From the NCBI GenBank assembly GCA_965200965.1, contig OZ241744.1, forward strand, positions 160,001-224,000: DNA of 64,000 nucleotides. The letters run 5' to 3'. Numbering within the stretch: the stretch's first letter is position 1; every line of letters starts with the position of its first letter. The notes below the pieces were generated by a model. That model was given only the letters and a program-made list of their open reading frames with translations. It searched no databases and was not told the DNA's origin. The DNA comes from an uncultured Candidatus Binatia bacterium (GTDB lineage: Bacteria > Desulfobacterota > Binatia > Bin18). Below, one piece after another: positions 1 through 9,292 of this stretch. The position numbers and the translations under genes were made by a program.

Positions 1-2
1 GT

Positions 3-632
3 CTGATTATAACCGGCGCGGGTGAGCGGGCGTTTGTGGCCGGGGCCGATATCTCGGCTATGGTCAATATGACACCGCTGGAGGGCAAAGCGTTTGCGAG
101 TAGTGGCCTGAATGTCGGTCGGACGCTGGAAGAGTTGCCCGTTCCGGTGATTGCCGCGGTCAACGGCTTTGCCCTCGGCGGGGGAACCGAGTTGGCCCTG
201 GCCTGTGACCTGATCATCGCCGCGGACACGGCCAGGTTCGGCCAGCCCGAGATCAACCTGGGCGTGATTCCGGGCTTTGGCGGCACCCAGCGTCTCGCCC
301 GCCGGATCGGTCTGCCGCTGGCCCGCGAGTTGATCTATACCGGGGAGATGATCGACGCCGAGACCGCGCTGCGCTACGGCCTTGCCAACCGCGTTGTGCC
401 ATTGGCCGAGTTGATGATCGAGGCCAAAGCCTTGGCCCGGAAGATCGCGACCAAACCACCGATTGCCATTCGCCAGGCCAAGGCGGCGATCAATTCGGGA
501 ATTGACATGGACATCGCCAACGCCAGCCGGTTTGAGGCCGAGGCATTTGCCATGACCTTTGCGACCAAGGACAAGCAAGAAGGCATGAGGGCGTTTCTGG
601 AAAAACGCGAGGCCACGTTTACGGGCACCTAA
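3..632 (+). CDS. Enoyl-CoA hydratase/crotonase (5'-truncated by window edge)
   Basis: Frame open from base 3 ([16 protein letters not shown]); motifs [19 protein letters not shown] and [20 protein letters not shown] with both catalytic Glu. Confidence 0.93.
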   Translation: MIITGAGERAFVAGADISAMVNMTPLEGKAFASSGLNVGRTLEELPVPVIAAVNGFALGGGTELALACDLIIAADTARFGQPEINLGVIPGFGGTQRLARRIGLPLARELIYTGEMIDAETALRYGLANRVVPLAELMIEAKALARKIATKPPIAIRQAKAAINSGIDMDIANASRFEAEAFAMTFATKDKQEGMRAFLEKREATFTGT

Positions 633-697
633 CAGGTCTCCCCCTCTTGTCTCCAATCAGGTATATGTTGCGGACCGTTGTGTGCCAGGGAGGAAAC

Positions 698-2335
698 ATG
701 AACAAACACGAATGGCTGGCCCGGAAGTATCCCAAGCAGGGCGAGCGGCTGGAACGCTTTTCGACCGTCTCCGACATGGAGCTTGCCCCGCTGTACACCC
801 CCGAGGACAAGAACAGGACGGATGATGAGCGGAACATCGGCCTGCCGGGCGAATATCCGTATACCCGCGGGGTGTATCCGAATATGTACCGCGGCAAGTT
901 CTGGAGCATGCGCCAGTTTGCCGGCTTTGGCACGCCTGAGGATACCAATCAGCGCTTCAAGCTGCTGCTGGCCGAGGGCCAGAACGGCCTGTCAACCGCC
1001 TTTGATATGCCGGTCCTGATGGGCTACGACGCCGATAATCCACGCTCGCTGGGTGAAGTTGGCCGCGAGGGCGTGTCGGTCTCAACCCTGAACGATATGG
1101 AACGCCTGTTTGACGGCATTCCGCTCGATACAGTCACTACTTCGATGACCGTCAACTGCACCGCCAGCATCATTCTGGCCATGTATATTGCGGTGGCCGA
1201 TACACAGGGCGTGCCACGCGTCCAGCTCGGCGGGACGATCCAGAACGACATGCTCAAAGAGTATATCGCCCAGAAAGAGTGGATCTGCCCACCTGAGCCG
1301 GCGGTGCGGATTGTCACCGATATGATTGAGTTCTGCGCCAAAGAAGTGCCGCGCTGGCATGCGGTGTCGATCTCCGGCTACCATATCCGTGAGGCCGGGG
1401 CGACCGCGGTGCAGGAATTGGCCTTTACCCTGGCCGACGGCATCGGCTATGTGCAGTCGGCCCTGGAACGCGGCCTGGATGTGGACGAGTTTGCCCCCCG
1501 GCTGTCTTTTTTCTTTGATATCCACAACGACTTCTTTGAGGAGATTGCCAAACTGCGGGCGGCCCGGCGCATGTGGGCCAGGATTATGAAGGAGCGCTTT
1601 GGTGCCAAACAGCCCAAATCGCTGTTGCTGCGTACCCACTGCCAGACCGCGGGGGTGAGTCTGACCGCCCAGCAGCCGATGAATAATGTCGTCCGGGTCG
1701 CCATCCAGGCCCTGGCCGGGGTATTGGGCGGAACCCAGTCGCTGCACACCAACTCAATGGACGAGACCCTGGCCCTGCCAACCGAGCAGGCGGTGATGGT
1801 GGCCCTGAGAACGCAGCAGATCATTGCCGAAGAGAGTGGCGTGACCAACACGATCGACCCCCTGGGCGGCAGCTGGGCGATTGAGGCCCTGACCGACCGA
1901 ATTGAGCAGGAAGCCTTGGCCTACATCGAACGCATTGACGAGCTGGGCGGGATTATCAACGCCATTAGCACCGGCTACCCGCAGAAGGAGATTGCCGACT
2001 CGGCCTACCGGTATCAGCAGCAGCTCGATGCCGGCGAAAAAATTATCGTTGGCGTCAATAAGTATCAGGTTCCGCCCGAAGAACGCTCGCTCGATATCCT
2101 CAGAATCGAACCCGAAGTCGAGCGCAGCCAGATTGAGCGGGTCAAAAAGCTCAAGGCCGAACGCAATCAGGCAACGGTCACCGAACATCTCGGTCGGGTC
2201 CACGCCGCGGCCCGCAATGGCACCAATCTGATGCCACCGCTGATTGAGGCGGTCAAAGCCTCCTGCACCCTGGGTGAAATCTCAGATGTCTATCGTGACG
2301 TGTTTGGCGTGTACCGGGACCCGGCCTGGCTGTAG
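698..2335 (+). CDS. icmA: B12-dependent acyl-CoA mutase large subunit, isobutyryl-CoA mutase-like
   Basis: Methylmalonyl-CoA mutase family motifs ([29 protein letters not shown]); RQFAGFG and KEYIAQKEW carry the Phe/Gln of ICM; ATG 698 follows GGAGG. Confidence 0.82.
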   Translation: MNKHEWLARKYPKQGERLERFSTVSDMELAPLYTPEDKNRTDDERNIGLPGEYPYTRGVYPNMYRGKFWSMRQFAGFGTPEDTNQRFKLLLAEGQNGLSTAFDMPVLMGYDADNPRSLGEVGREGVSVSTLNDMERLFDGIPLDTVTTSMTVNCTASIILAMYIAVADTQGVPRVQLGGTIQNDMLKEYIAQKEWICPPEPAVRIVTDMIEFCAKEVPRWHAVSISGYHIREAGATAVQELAFTLADGIGYVQSALERGLDVDEFAPRLSFFFDIHNDFFEEIAKLRAARRMWARIMKERFGAKQPKSLLLRTHCQTAGVSLTAQQPMNNVVRVAIQALAGVLGGTQSLHTNSMDETLALPTEQAVMVALRTQQIIAEESGVTNTIDPLGGSWAIEALTDRIEQEALAYIERIDELGGIINAISTGYPQKEIADSAYRYQQQLDAGEKIIVGVNKYQVPPEERSLDILRIEPEVERSQIERVKKLKAERNQATVTEHLGRVHAAARNGTNLMPPLIEAVKASCTLGEISDVYRDVFGVYRDPAWL

Positions 2336-2359
2336 GCGTGAGTAACGGAGGGTGGCTCT

Positions 2360-2776
2360 GTGTCCGACAAGAAAGTATTGCGTATTCTCGTGGCCAAAGC
2401 CGGCCTGGACGGCCATGACAGGGGAGCCAAAATTATTGCCCGTGCTCTGCGTGACGCGGGTTTTGAGGTGATTTACACCGGACTCCATCAGACGCCGGAG
2501 ATGATTGCCGAGGCCGCGGTCCAAGAAGACGTGGATGCCATCGGGCTGAGCATTCTGTCTGGAGCGCACCTGACGCTCTTTCCGGCCATTCTGAGCGCAC
2601 TTGACGAGCGGGGGGCTGAGGACATCGCGGTCTTTGGCGGCGGGATTGTGCCCGATGACGATATCCCCCAGCTCAAACAGGCCGGAATCAGAGAGATTTT
2701 TACGCCCGGGGCGAGCACCCAGACGATTGTGGACTGGATTCACGGGAACGTGGAACCACGCGCCGGAGTAGTCTGA
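2360..2776 (+). CDS. icmB: Cobalamin-binding small subunit of acyl-CoA mutase
   Basis: DxHxxG motif (GLDGHDRG), SILSGAH; directly after the large subunit. Confidence 0.85.
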   Translation: MSDKKVLRILVAKAGLDGHDRGAKIIARALRDAGFEVIYTGLHQTPEMIAEAAVQEDVDAIGLSILSGAHLTLFPAILSALDERGAEDIAVFGGGIVPDDDIPQLKQAGIREIFTPGASTQTIVDWIHGNVEPRAGVV

Positions 2777-2779
2777 GGC

Positions 2780-3988
2780 GTGACCTACGATGTGGCGATT
2801 ATCGGGGCGGGGCCGGCCGGGACGGCCACCGCTCTCTCTTTGCTGAAGGCCGAACCGAGGCTTGGCGGTAATATCCTGCTGATCGATAAGGCACTCCACC
2901 CCCGCGACAAGATCTGTGCCGGGGGACTCATCCCCCATACCCTCGCCTGTCTTGACGAGCTTGATGTCCCGCTCAGCATTCCCCATGTCACGGTCGGACG
3001 GGCCGCGGTGCGTGTCCCGCCCGACCGGCAGGTGAGGTGCGAGGACGGCGGCCTGTGTTCGATCGTCCGGCGTAAGGAGTTTGACTTTTTGCTCGTTCGT
3101 GCGGCCGAAGAGCGTGGGGCCGCGGTCCGCCAGGCTGAGAAGCTGCTTGACGTGGTGCGAGAGGCAGACGGGGTCCGGGTGATGACCGATAAACACACCT
3201 ATCAGGCCCGGGTTGTGGTCGGGGCTGACGGCTCGGGCAGCCGGGTGCGCCGCCGGCTCCTCGGGCCGGAGTGTGCGCCGATTGGCCGGGCGCTGATGTG
3301 TGATGTGCCGCTGGCCGACACCGACTGGGACGGGTTTGGTCAGCACCGCTACGATTTTAACTTTCTGCCCGTTCCCCACGGCTTGCAGGGCTATCTGTGG
3401 GCCTTTCCGTGCCTCATCGGTGGGCTGCCGCATGTCAATATCGGCATCTACGCCTTGGGCCGAACCCGGCTGGCCAACGCCGAGTTGCGGCGTCTGCTCG
3501 GTACCGAGGTCGCCGCGCTGACCGGACCGGCCTGCCGCCGGCCGGCCTATCGCCTGCGGGCTTTTCCTATCTGTGGCTACCATCCTCGTCGCGCCCTGGC
3601 CGGCCGGCGAGTGGTGTTGGTCGGCGATGCGGCCGGGGCCGAGCCGCTGATGGGCGAGGGCATCTCTTTTGCATTTGAATACGGCAAGTTTGCGGCCGGC
3701 GAAATTGTGTCGGCACTGCGTAGCCGGGGTGTCGATTTCAGCGGCTATACCGAGCGCTTCGCCCGCTCCAGAGTCGGCAAGAAGCTGTTCCGTTTGGCGG
3801 TCACAAGCCGACTGTTCTACGGGCCGGCTTGGCGCGTGTGTTTCGGTCTGGCCGCCCGGAGTCGGCACCTTCAGTCGGTCGGGCTCAAGTGGTACAACGG
3901 GGTCGAGGGCTGGCATCAGCGGAGCGGCTGGGAGGCCGTCCGGGCGGTGTTCCGCTCGCCCTCAGACCTGCCGTCGAGCCAGCCTTGA
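2780..3988 (+). CDS. FAD-dependent oxidoreductase, geranylgeranyl reductase family
   Basis: GAGPAG, RDKICAGG, VVGADG, GYLWAFP, LVGDAAG...GEGI motifs. Confidence 0.85.
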   Translation: MTYDVAIIGAGPAGTATALSLLKAEPRLGGNILLIDKALHPRDKICAGGLIPHTLACLDELDVPLSIPHVTVGRAAVRVPPDRQVRCEDGGLCSIVRRKEFDFLLVRAAEERGAAVRQAEKLLDVVREADGVRVMTDKHTYQARVVVGADGSGSRVRRRLLGPECAPIGRALMCDVPLADTDWDGFGQHRYDFNFLPVPHGLQGYLWAFPCLIGGLPHVNIGIYALGRTRLANAELRRLLGTEVAALTGPACRRPAYRLRAFPICGYHPRRALAGRRVVLVGDAAGAEPLMGEGISFAFEYGKFAAGEIVSALRSRGVDFSGYTERFARSRVGKKLFRLAVTSRLFYGPAWRVCFGLAARSRHLQSVGLKWYNGVEGWHQRSGWEAVRAVFRSPSDLPSSQP

Positions 3989-4021
3989 GGCGGTGGCCGG
4001 CGTTGAGGAGAAAGAAGACCG

Positions 4022-4312
4022 ATGGCTGACCGGAAAAAGACCTCCGCCGGCAAGACCCAGGCCCGCCGAAAAAAAGCTGTGCCGCCCCAGAAAAAGCGAC
4101 GCTGGTTGCTGCCCAAGTTTCTGCTCATCATCGGCTGTGTAGCCGTACTCGGCTTTCTTGGAATCGTGCTGTTTCTTGACAAAGAGGCGCGTCGAATGGG
4201 AATCTTTCAGGCCCAGCCCGGCCAGGACGCCGCCCCAGCCCCGCTTGAGGGAGACTATACGCCGGGTGAGAAGCAGCAGTTGGAGGCGATTCTGGAGTCC
4301 GAAGACCGCTAG
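4022..4312 (+). CDS. Small single-pass membrane protein, hypothetical
   Basis: Basic N-terminus followed by one hydrophobic helix; RBS GAGGAG upstream. Confidence 0.6.
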   Translation: MADRKKTSAGKTQARRKKAVPPQKKRRWLLPKFLLIIGCVAVLGFLGIVLFLDKEARRMGIFQAQPGQDAAPAPLEGDYTPGEKQQLEAILESEDR

Positions 4313-4321
4313 GACATGTGT

Positions 4322-5137
4322 ATGGACTCTGTTGACGAACTTCAGCGTCCGATTTCGCTGCCCGCCCCGCCCCGGCGGATTGTGTCGCTCGTGCCGAGTA
4401 TCACCGAAACGCTGTTCGCCCTTGGCGCGGGCGCGTCTGTCGTGGGAGTGACCAGCTTCTGTACCCATCCGCCCCAGCAGGTGGCCGGCCTGACCAAGGT
4501 CGGCGGCACCAAAAATCCCGACCTGGAAGCCATCCTGCGCCTGCGGCCCGATGTGGTCATCCTGAACGAAGAGGAGAACCGGCACGAAGATTTCGCCTGG
4601 CTGGAGGAGCGTGTGGGCGTGTATGTGACCGCGCCCCGGACGGTCAGGGATGGGATCGACATGATTGAGCGGCTGGGGCGGCTGACCGGCCATGCGGAAG
4701 ACGGACAGACCTTGGCCCACGCCCTGCACCGGCAGGCTGACCGCCTGGCAACACGCCAGCCCCGTTTGCGCGTCTTCTGTCCAATCTGGCGCAAGCCCTG
4801 GATGTCGTTTAGCGCCCGGACCTACAGCGATGATATGCTGTGGACCTGTGGCGGGGAAAATATCTTTCGGGCCAAGCCCGAGCGCTACCCCACAGTCAGC
4901 CTCGACGAGGTGGCCGCGGCCGACCCGCACATCGTGGTCCTGCCAAGTGAGCCGTATCCGTTTGCCGCCAAACACCTCATCCATCTGAAACCCCTGGCCG
5001 AAACGGTCGCCGGGACAATGGGCCATGTGTACTGTGTTGACGGTATGGCGCTGTGCTGGTACGGGCCGCGGATTGCCGACGGGCTGAGCCAATTCAGCCG
5101 CCTGTTCGCCACGGTGCGCGCCAGCCTGGACGACTGA
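4322..5137 (+). CDS. Helical-backbone metal receptor (BtuF/cobalamin-binding-like)
   Basis: RRIVSLVPSITETL, VGGTKNPD, NEEENR, LPSEPYPF, WYGPR motifs; no signal peptide. Confidence 0.82.
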   Translation: MDSVDELQRPISLPAPPRRIVSLVPSITETLFALGAGASVVGVTSFCTHPPQQVAGLTKVGGTKNPDLEAILRLRPDVVILNEEENRHEDFAWLEERVGVYVTAPRTVRDGIDMIERLGRLTGHAEDGQTLAHALHRQADRLATRQPRLRVFCPIWRKPWMSFSARTYSDDMLWTCGGENIFRAKPERYPTVSLDEVAAADPHIVVLPSEPYPFAAKHLIHLKPLAETVAGTMGHVYCVDGMALCWYGPRIADGLSQFSRLFATVRASLDD

Positions 5138-5138
5138 C

Positions 5139-6500
5139 ATGGCCCGTACCGACGACGCGCTGCGCAAAGTCCCACCCCAGAATGTTGATGCTGAGGAATC
5201 TGTCCTGGGCGGCATCCTGATCGACGCCACCGCCCTCGACCGGGTAATTGAGGTCATGGGCGAGGCCGACTTCTACCGCGAGTCCCACCGCAAAATCTTC
5301 CGCGCCATGCTGGGCCTGAGCGAGCGGGGGGAGCCGATAGACCTGATCACGCTGAACGACAGCCTGCGCGGCCGGGACGAATTGCAGGCTGTTGGCGGGG
5401 CGACCTACCTGGCCGAACTCGTGGATCGCGTGCCGAGCGCGGCCAATATCGCCACCTATGCCCGCCTGGTGCGCGAGAAGGCGGTCATGCGCAGCCTGAT
5501 CAGCGTCTCCAACGAGATCTCTGAGCGCTGCTACGACGGCCAGGAGGATATCGAGACCTTTCTGGACGAGGCCGAACGCCTCATTTTTGACGTGTCCGAA
5601 CAGCGTGTTCGTCCGGCGTTTACCAAGGTCGGCGATATGATCATGGACACGATCAAGACCGTGGAGCAGCTCTACGAGCGCAAGGAGCTGGTCACTGGCG
5701 TGGCGACCGGCTTCCTGGACCTCGACCGCATGACCGCCGGCCTCCAGCCCGCCGACCTGATCATCATCGGTGCGCGGCCGAGCATGGGCAAGACCAGCTT
5801 CGCCCTGAACATCGCCCAGCACGTCGCCCTCCATCATCAGGTCGCGGTTGGCGTCTACTCGCTGGAAATGTCCCGCGACCAGCTTGTCCTGCGTATGCTG
5901 TGCTCTGAGGCCCGGGTTGACCTGTCCAAGGTCCGCACCGGCTACCTGGGCGAGCGCGACTTTCCGCGTTTGGCCCTGGCCGCCGGCCGCTTGGCCGAAG
6001 CGCCGATTTTCATTGATGATACCCCGGCCCACAACGTCCTGGAGATGCGGGCCAAGTCCCGCCGGCTCAAACGGGAAGCCAATGTCGGGCTGATCGTCGT
6101 CGATTACCTCCAGCTGATGCGCGGCCTGACCGCGGAGGAAAACCGCAACCAGGAGCTGTCCGAAATCTCCCGCAGCCTCAAGGCCCTGGCCAAGGAACTG
6201 AATGTGCCCATTGTGGCCCTCTCGCAGCTCAACCGCCAGGTCGAACAGCGCGCCGACAAGCGCCCGGTCATGTCGGATATTCGTGAGTCCGGCAGCATAG
6301 AGCAGGACGCCGATGTCATTATGTTCATCTACCGGGATGAGATGTACAAGGCCGACTCGCAGGACGAGGGCGTGGCCGAGGTCCTCATCAGCAAGCAGCG
6401 CAACGGCCCGACCGGTACCGTTCGCCTGGCCTTCCGCCGCGAATACACCCGCTTTGAGAATCTGGTTGAGGACATGGAAGAAGGCGAGGAAGAGGAGTAA
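5139..6500 (+). CDS. dnaB: Replicative DNA helicase DnaB
   Basis: PPQNVDAEESVLG, Walker A ARPSMGKT, VVDYLQL, LSQLNR, RESGSIEQDAD. Confidence 0.98.
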   Translation: MARTDDALRKVPPQNVDAEESVLGGILIDATALDRVIEVMGEADFYRESHRKIFRAMLGLSERGEPIDLITLNDSLRGRDELQAVGGATYLAELVDRVPSAANIATYARLVREKAVMRSLISVSNEISERCYDGQEDIETFLDEAERLIFDVSEQRVRPAFTKVGDMIMDTIKTVEQLYERKELVTGVATGFLDLDRMTAGLQPADLIIIGARPSMGKTSFALNIAQHVALHHQVAVGVYSLEMSRDQLVLRMLCSEARVDLSKVRTGYLGERDFPRLALAAGRLAEAPIFIDDTPAHNVLEMRAKSRRLKREANVGLIVVDYLQLMRGLTAEENRNQELSEISRSLKALAKELNVPIVALSQLNRQVEQRADKRPVMSDIRESGSIEQDADVIMFIYRDEMYKADSQDEGVAEVLISKQRNGPTGTVRLAFRREYTRFENLVEDMEEGEEEE

Positions 6501-6509
6501 GGGGGAGGT

Positions 6510-6765
6510 ATGGCTTCACTAGCCTTTGACACCTGCGCCTTTGTCAAAGCTCTGACCCAGGCCGGGATGCCGGAAGAGCAGGCTGAGGTCCTGGCGCGGT
6601 CGCAGGCGACAGTGCTTGACGAGAAGCTGGCGACAAAACGGGGCCTGAAAGAACCGGAAGCCCGTCTGACCCACGATCTGAGAGAATTGGAGATGCGGAT
6701 GACCCCGCGCCTCGGCTCAATGATGGTCGTGGCGGTCGGGGTGGTGGCTGGTGAAGCTGTTGTGA
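6510..6765 (+). pseudogene. DUF1640/CCDC90-like coiled-coil membrane protein, frameshifted near its 3' end
   Basis: AFDTCAFVKALTQAGMPEEQAE...LATKR...GSMMVVAVGVV; the family-like end LVKLL-stop (TGA 6763-6765) lies in another frame after ~6747. Confidence 0.65.
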
Positions 6766-6905
6766 AGTGCGGTGTACCTCTCCCCACCGCCAGGATCTCA
6801 AAGCGCCGCCCCCTAACAGAGCAACATTGCAGGATTTTTTCGCCAGTGTTTCAAGCATCCCCGCGTGAACGCTCATGCGTTTCCTGGTTTGGAGCCAGTG
6901 CTTGA
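6762..6905 (-). ncRNA. Putative omega/re-RNA-like guide scaffold or element right end downstream of the TnpB/Cas12-like gene
   Basis: Inverted pair TCAAGCA (6851-6857)/TGCTTGA (6899-6905) enclosing CTGG/CCAG and GCGT/ACGC stems; terminal hairpin GCGGTG/CACCGC (6769-6790) followed by ACTTCAC on the minus strand. Confidence 0.35.
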
Positions 6906-8642
6906 TTATACAGCAAATTTTTTGCTGCATTGAGGTCGCGGTCAACTTCATGCCCCTTGGGACAGTCCAGCAACAGCGCGTCGCGGGGCCCTTGCAGCGG
7001 AACCCGATGGTCTGCACACAGGGACGATGACTGCGCCGCCTCCCTCTCGATATACTGGCCCTGACTCTTACGGCTTGCCTCTTTGAGATAGCGTCGCAGG
7101 ACCGACAGGCCGGCGAACGCCCGTTGCTTCTCTGCCCGCCTCAGCCTTCCGCCCTTCTTCTGCTCCGCCATCTCCTTCAGCGACAGCGCTTCTGCGTTCA
7201 CCTGCTTGTATTGTTGGCAGACCTTATAGGCCCACTGCCGAGAATAGTTGTCTCGTATCCGTCGGATACGCCGGTCGAGGCCACGATGTTCCCGATCAAT
7301 TCGGGTGGTCCGGTTTGCCCAATCCTGGAGCGGACCAACAGCCGGATGGTCCGGGGGAAGCGCGGCGAGGAGGGTCAGGAGACGTTGCCGACTCACCGTC
7401 TTCGGCTTCTGCCCGCTCTGCTGGTCGTTCTTCTTCCTCATCTTCTAATACATCCTCCACTATCACCCGCGCTTTTTCCGGGAGCGATTCCGTATGGCCT
7501 TCAAAGCCTTTCTTGAGAGCCTCTTTGATCTTGTGTGTCTGCTTGTCCATATCCCCCTGCAAGCCCTCATAGCCGTACCGCCAGCGCGTGACGATTGTAG
7601 AGGGGAGCGTCAATACCTCCTCGTGTCCATCCTCTCCTGCCAGGGCTGCCACCCGAATCCCATTCCTATTGTCCACGAGACGATACCCGATATCTATGCC
7701 GCAGGCGTGGTCTGAGGGCGTTGGCCGATAAAAGTCGGGCTTCGGAACCTCGCAGATGACAAGCAGCTTCCATTCCATTCGTGGTGCTTGCCTCCGTCCC
7801 TCTTTCCCAGCGATCCGCCAGCCGCGCTGGACTATCTGCCGTCCGACGAGATCGACCGACTTGATACGGACACCGGACGGCAAGGGGCGATGATAGGCAA
7901 GCTCAAAGGCAAGATAGGGGCTCTCCCGGCGGATGCGGAGGGTGCAGCGTCGGCGTTTCGGTTTTTCTGTTATCCAGTCGCCAAGAACAAACCGTCCGCC
8001 ATCCTCTTCTGCTTTCTGGAGCGTGAGCCCACCAGGGTACCACTCGGTAAAGTGGACATTGTACAGCGGCCAATACTTCGGCTTCAGCAGTGCCCCCTTC
8101 TTGCGATTCTCTCGTAGAGCGGTCAAGAAGTCGTCACGGATACGCTCTTTATTGCCTTGAACAGATATGTGGCCGTGCGCATGGCCTTCATCTTTTCGTC
8201 CCATTCGGTCCGATGGGCCGCAACAGTCGCCTTCTTCTCGGTCTTGGTTTGCTGTTTTGCTGCCTTGAGGCGTGAGTAAGCCTCGTTCTTCTGTTGCCGA
8301 AGAGTTGACGATGTTCGGTCTTCTGTTGCACTTCGGGTGTTTGTTTCCGACTCCGGTTCTGGACAGACAGGTTCTTGATGTCCTGCCTTACCTGCTTGAG
8401 GCACGCATCCAGAGGTCAACCTGCTTCTGGGCGGTTTTAACCTGTGGGGTTTCCGCAATGAGAGCCTGATACTCCTCAGTGTCCTGGGTTGCCGATCCGC
8501 ACAAGATCGTTCCAATAGTCCAGCCGGCTCGTGCTTCGTCTTTCATACAGCCGGGAGCGTGTTCAAAGGAGTGCATACCAGGGAGGTCGGCACGATAGGC
8601 GTAGACGGGGAGCGGGTTGTCATTGAGGCGTTTGCGGGGCAT
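6851..8642 (-). pseudogene. Cas12m-like/large TnpB RNA-guided RuvC protein (~597 aa reconstructed), split by about six single-base indels (true pseudogene or sequencing errors)
   Basis: Fragments give YWNDLV, a basic helical REC-like region, YHRPLP..RIK, RuvC-I GIDIGYR, RuvC-II VNAEAL, Cys/His finger CADH...CPKGH and RuvC-III DRDLNAAKNLL; ATG 8642 with AGGAGA RBS. Confidence 0.8.
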
Positions 8643-8647
8643 GGCGT

Positions 8648-9292
8648 CTATCTCCTGCTGGCCGGGGACAGGTCCCGGAGGAGGCGGCGGACTTTTGCCT
8701 CGACCTGCTGGCTCAGGATAATGTCGCTGATCATGGCTACGGCGTCGGCCCCCGCGGCCAGCGCGGCTGGGGCACGTTCGGCGCTGATGCCGCCGATGGC
8801 CACAATTGGCAGGCTGGTCTGGGCGCGTATCCCGCGCAACTGGTCCAGTCCCCGGGCGGTGTAGCCGGTCGCCTTGGTCTGGGTGCCGAACAGCGGTCCA
8901 AAGCCGATATAGTCCGCCCCCTCGCGCTCCGCGGCCACGGCCTGAGCCGCGTCATGGGTTGAGACACCGATAATTTTGTCCGGCCCCAGCACACGCCGGG
9001 CCGCGGCGTAGGGCAGGTCGTCCTGGCCGATGTGCAGCCCGTCGGCGTCCACCGCTCGGGCAATGTCGGCCCGGTCGTTGATCAGCAGCAGGCAGCTGTG
9101 TTGCTGGCAGATGGCCCGCGTCTGGCCGGCAATGGACAGAAAGTCGCGGGTCGATTGCGCCTTGAAGCGTAGCTGCACGAGCCGGGCACCACCGGCACAC
9201 ATCTGGCGAGTCAGTTCATGCCACGCCAGCTCCGCTCGGCCCAGCGTATCGGCGATGGCGTACAGCGGACTTGGAAAAGCGAACGGGGTCAT
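8648..9292 (-). CDS. thiE: Thiamine-phosphate synthase
   Basis: VQLRFK, INDRADIA, GLHIGQDD, IGVSTH, TQTK, AIGGI motifs. Confidence 0.95.
   Translation of the reverse strand: MTPFAFPSPLYAIADTLGRAELAWHELTRQMCAGGARLVQLRFKAQSTRDFLSIAGQTRAICQQHSCLLLINDRADIARAVDADGLHIGQDDLPYAAARRVLGPDKIIGVSTHDAAQAVAAEREGADYIGFGPLFGTQTKATGYTARGLDQLRGIRAQTSLPIVAIGGISAERAPAALAAGADAVAMISDIILSQQVEAKVRRLLRDLSPASRR

Noticed and set aside
2282-3916. Long antisense ORFs (e.g. 2282-3916, 9218-10612, 13364-14680, 35665-37314, 43225-44760)
   Set aside because: Shadow frames of well-supported genes in GC-rich DNA, with no motifs
5139-6500. Intein in dnaB
   Set aside because: 453 aa is normal length and all motifs are contiguous
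6820-6847. Self-target for the candidate guide ACTGGCGAAAAAATCCTGCAATG within the window
   Set aside because: No convincing match found by eye on either strand; a genome-wide search is needed
6766-6885. Possible mini CRISPR array (unit ending TTGAAAC, ~22-nt spacer, second unit GTTGCTC...TTTGAGAT)
   Set aside because: The two units share too little sequence and there is no third copy; kept only as a putative single scaffold
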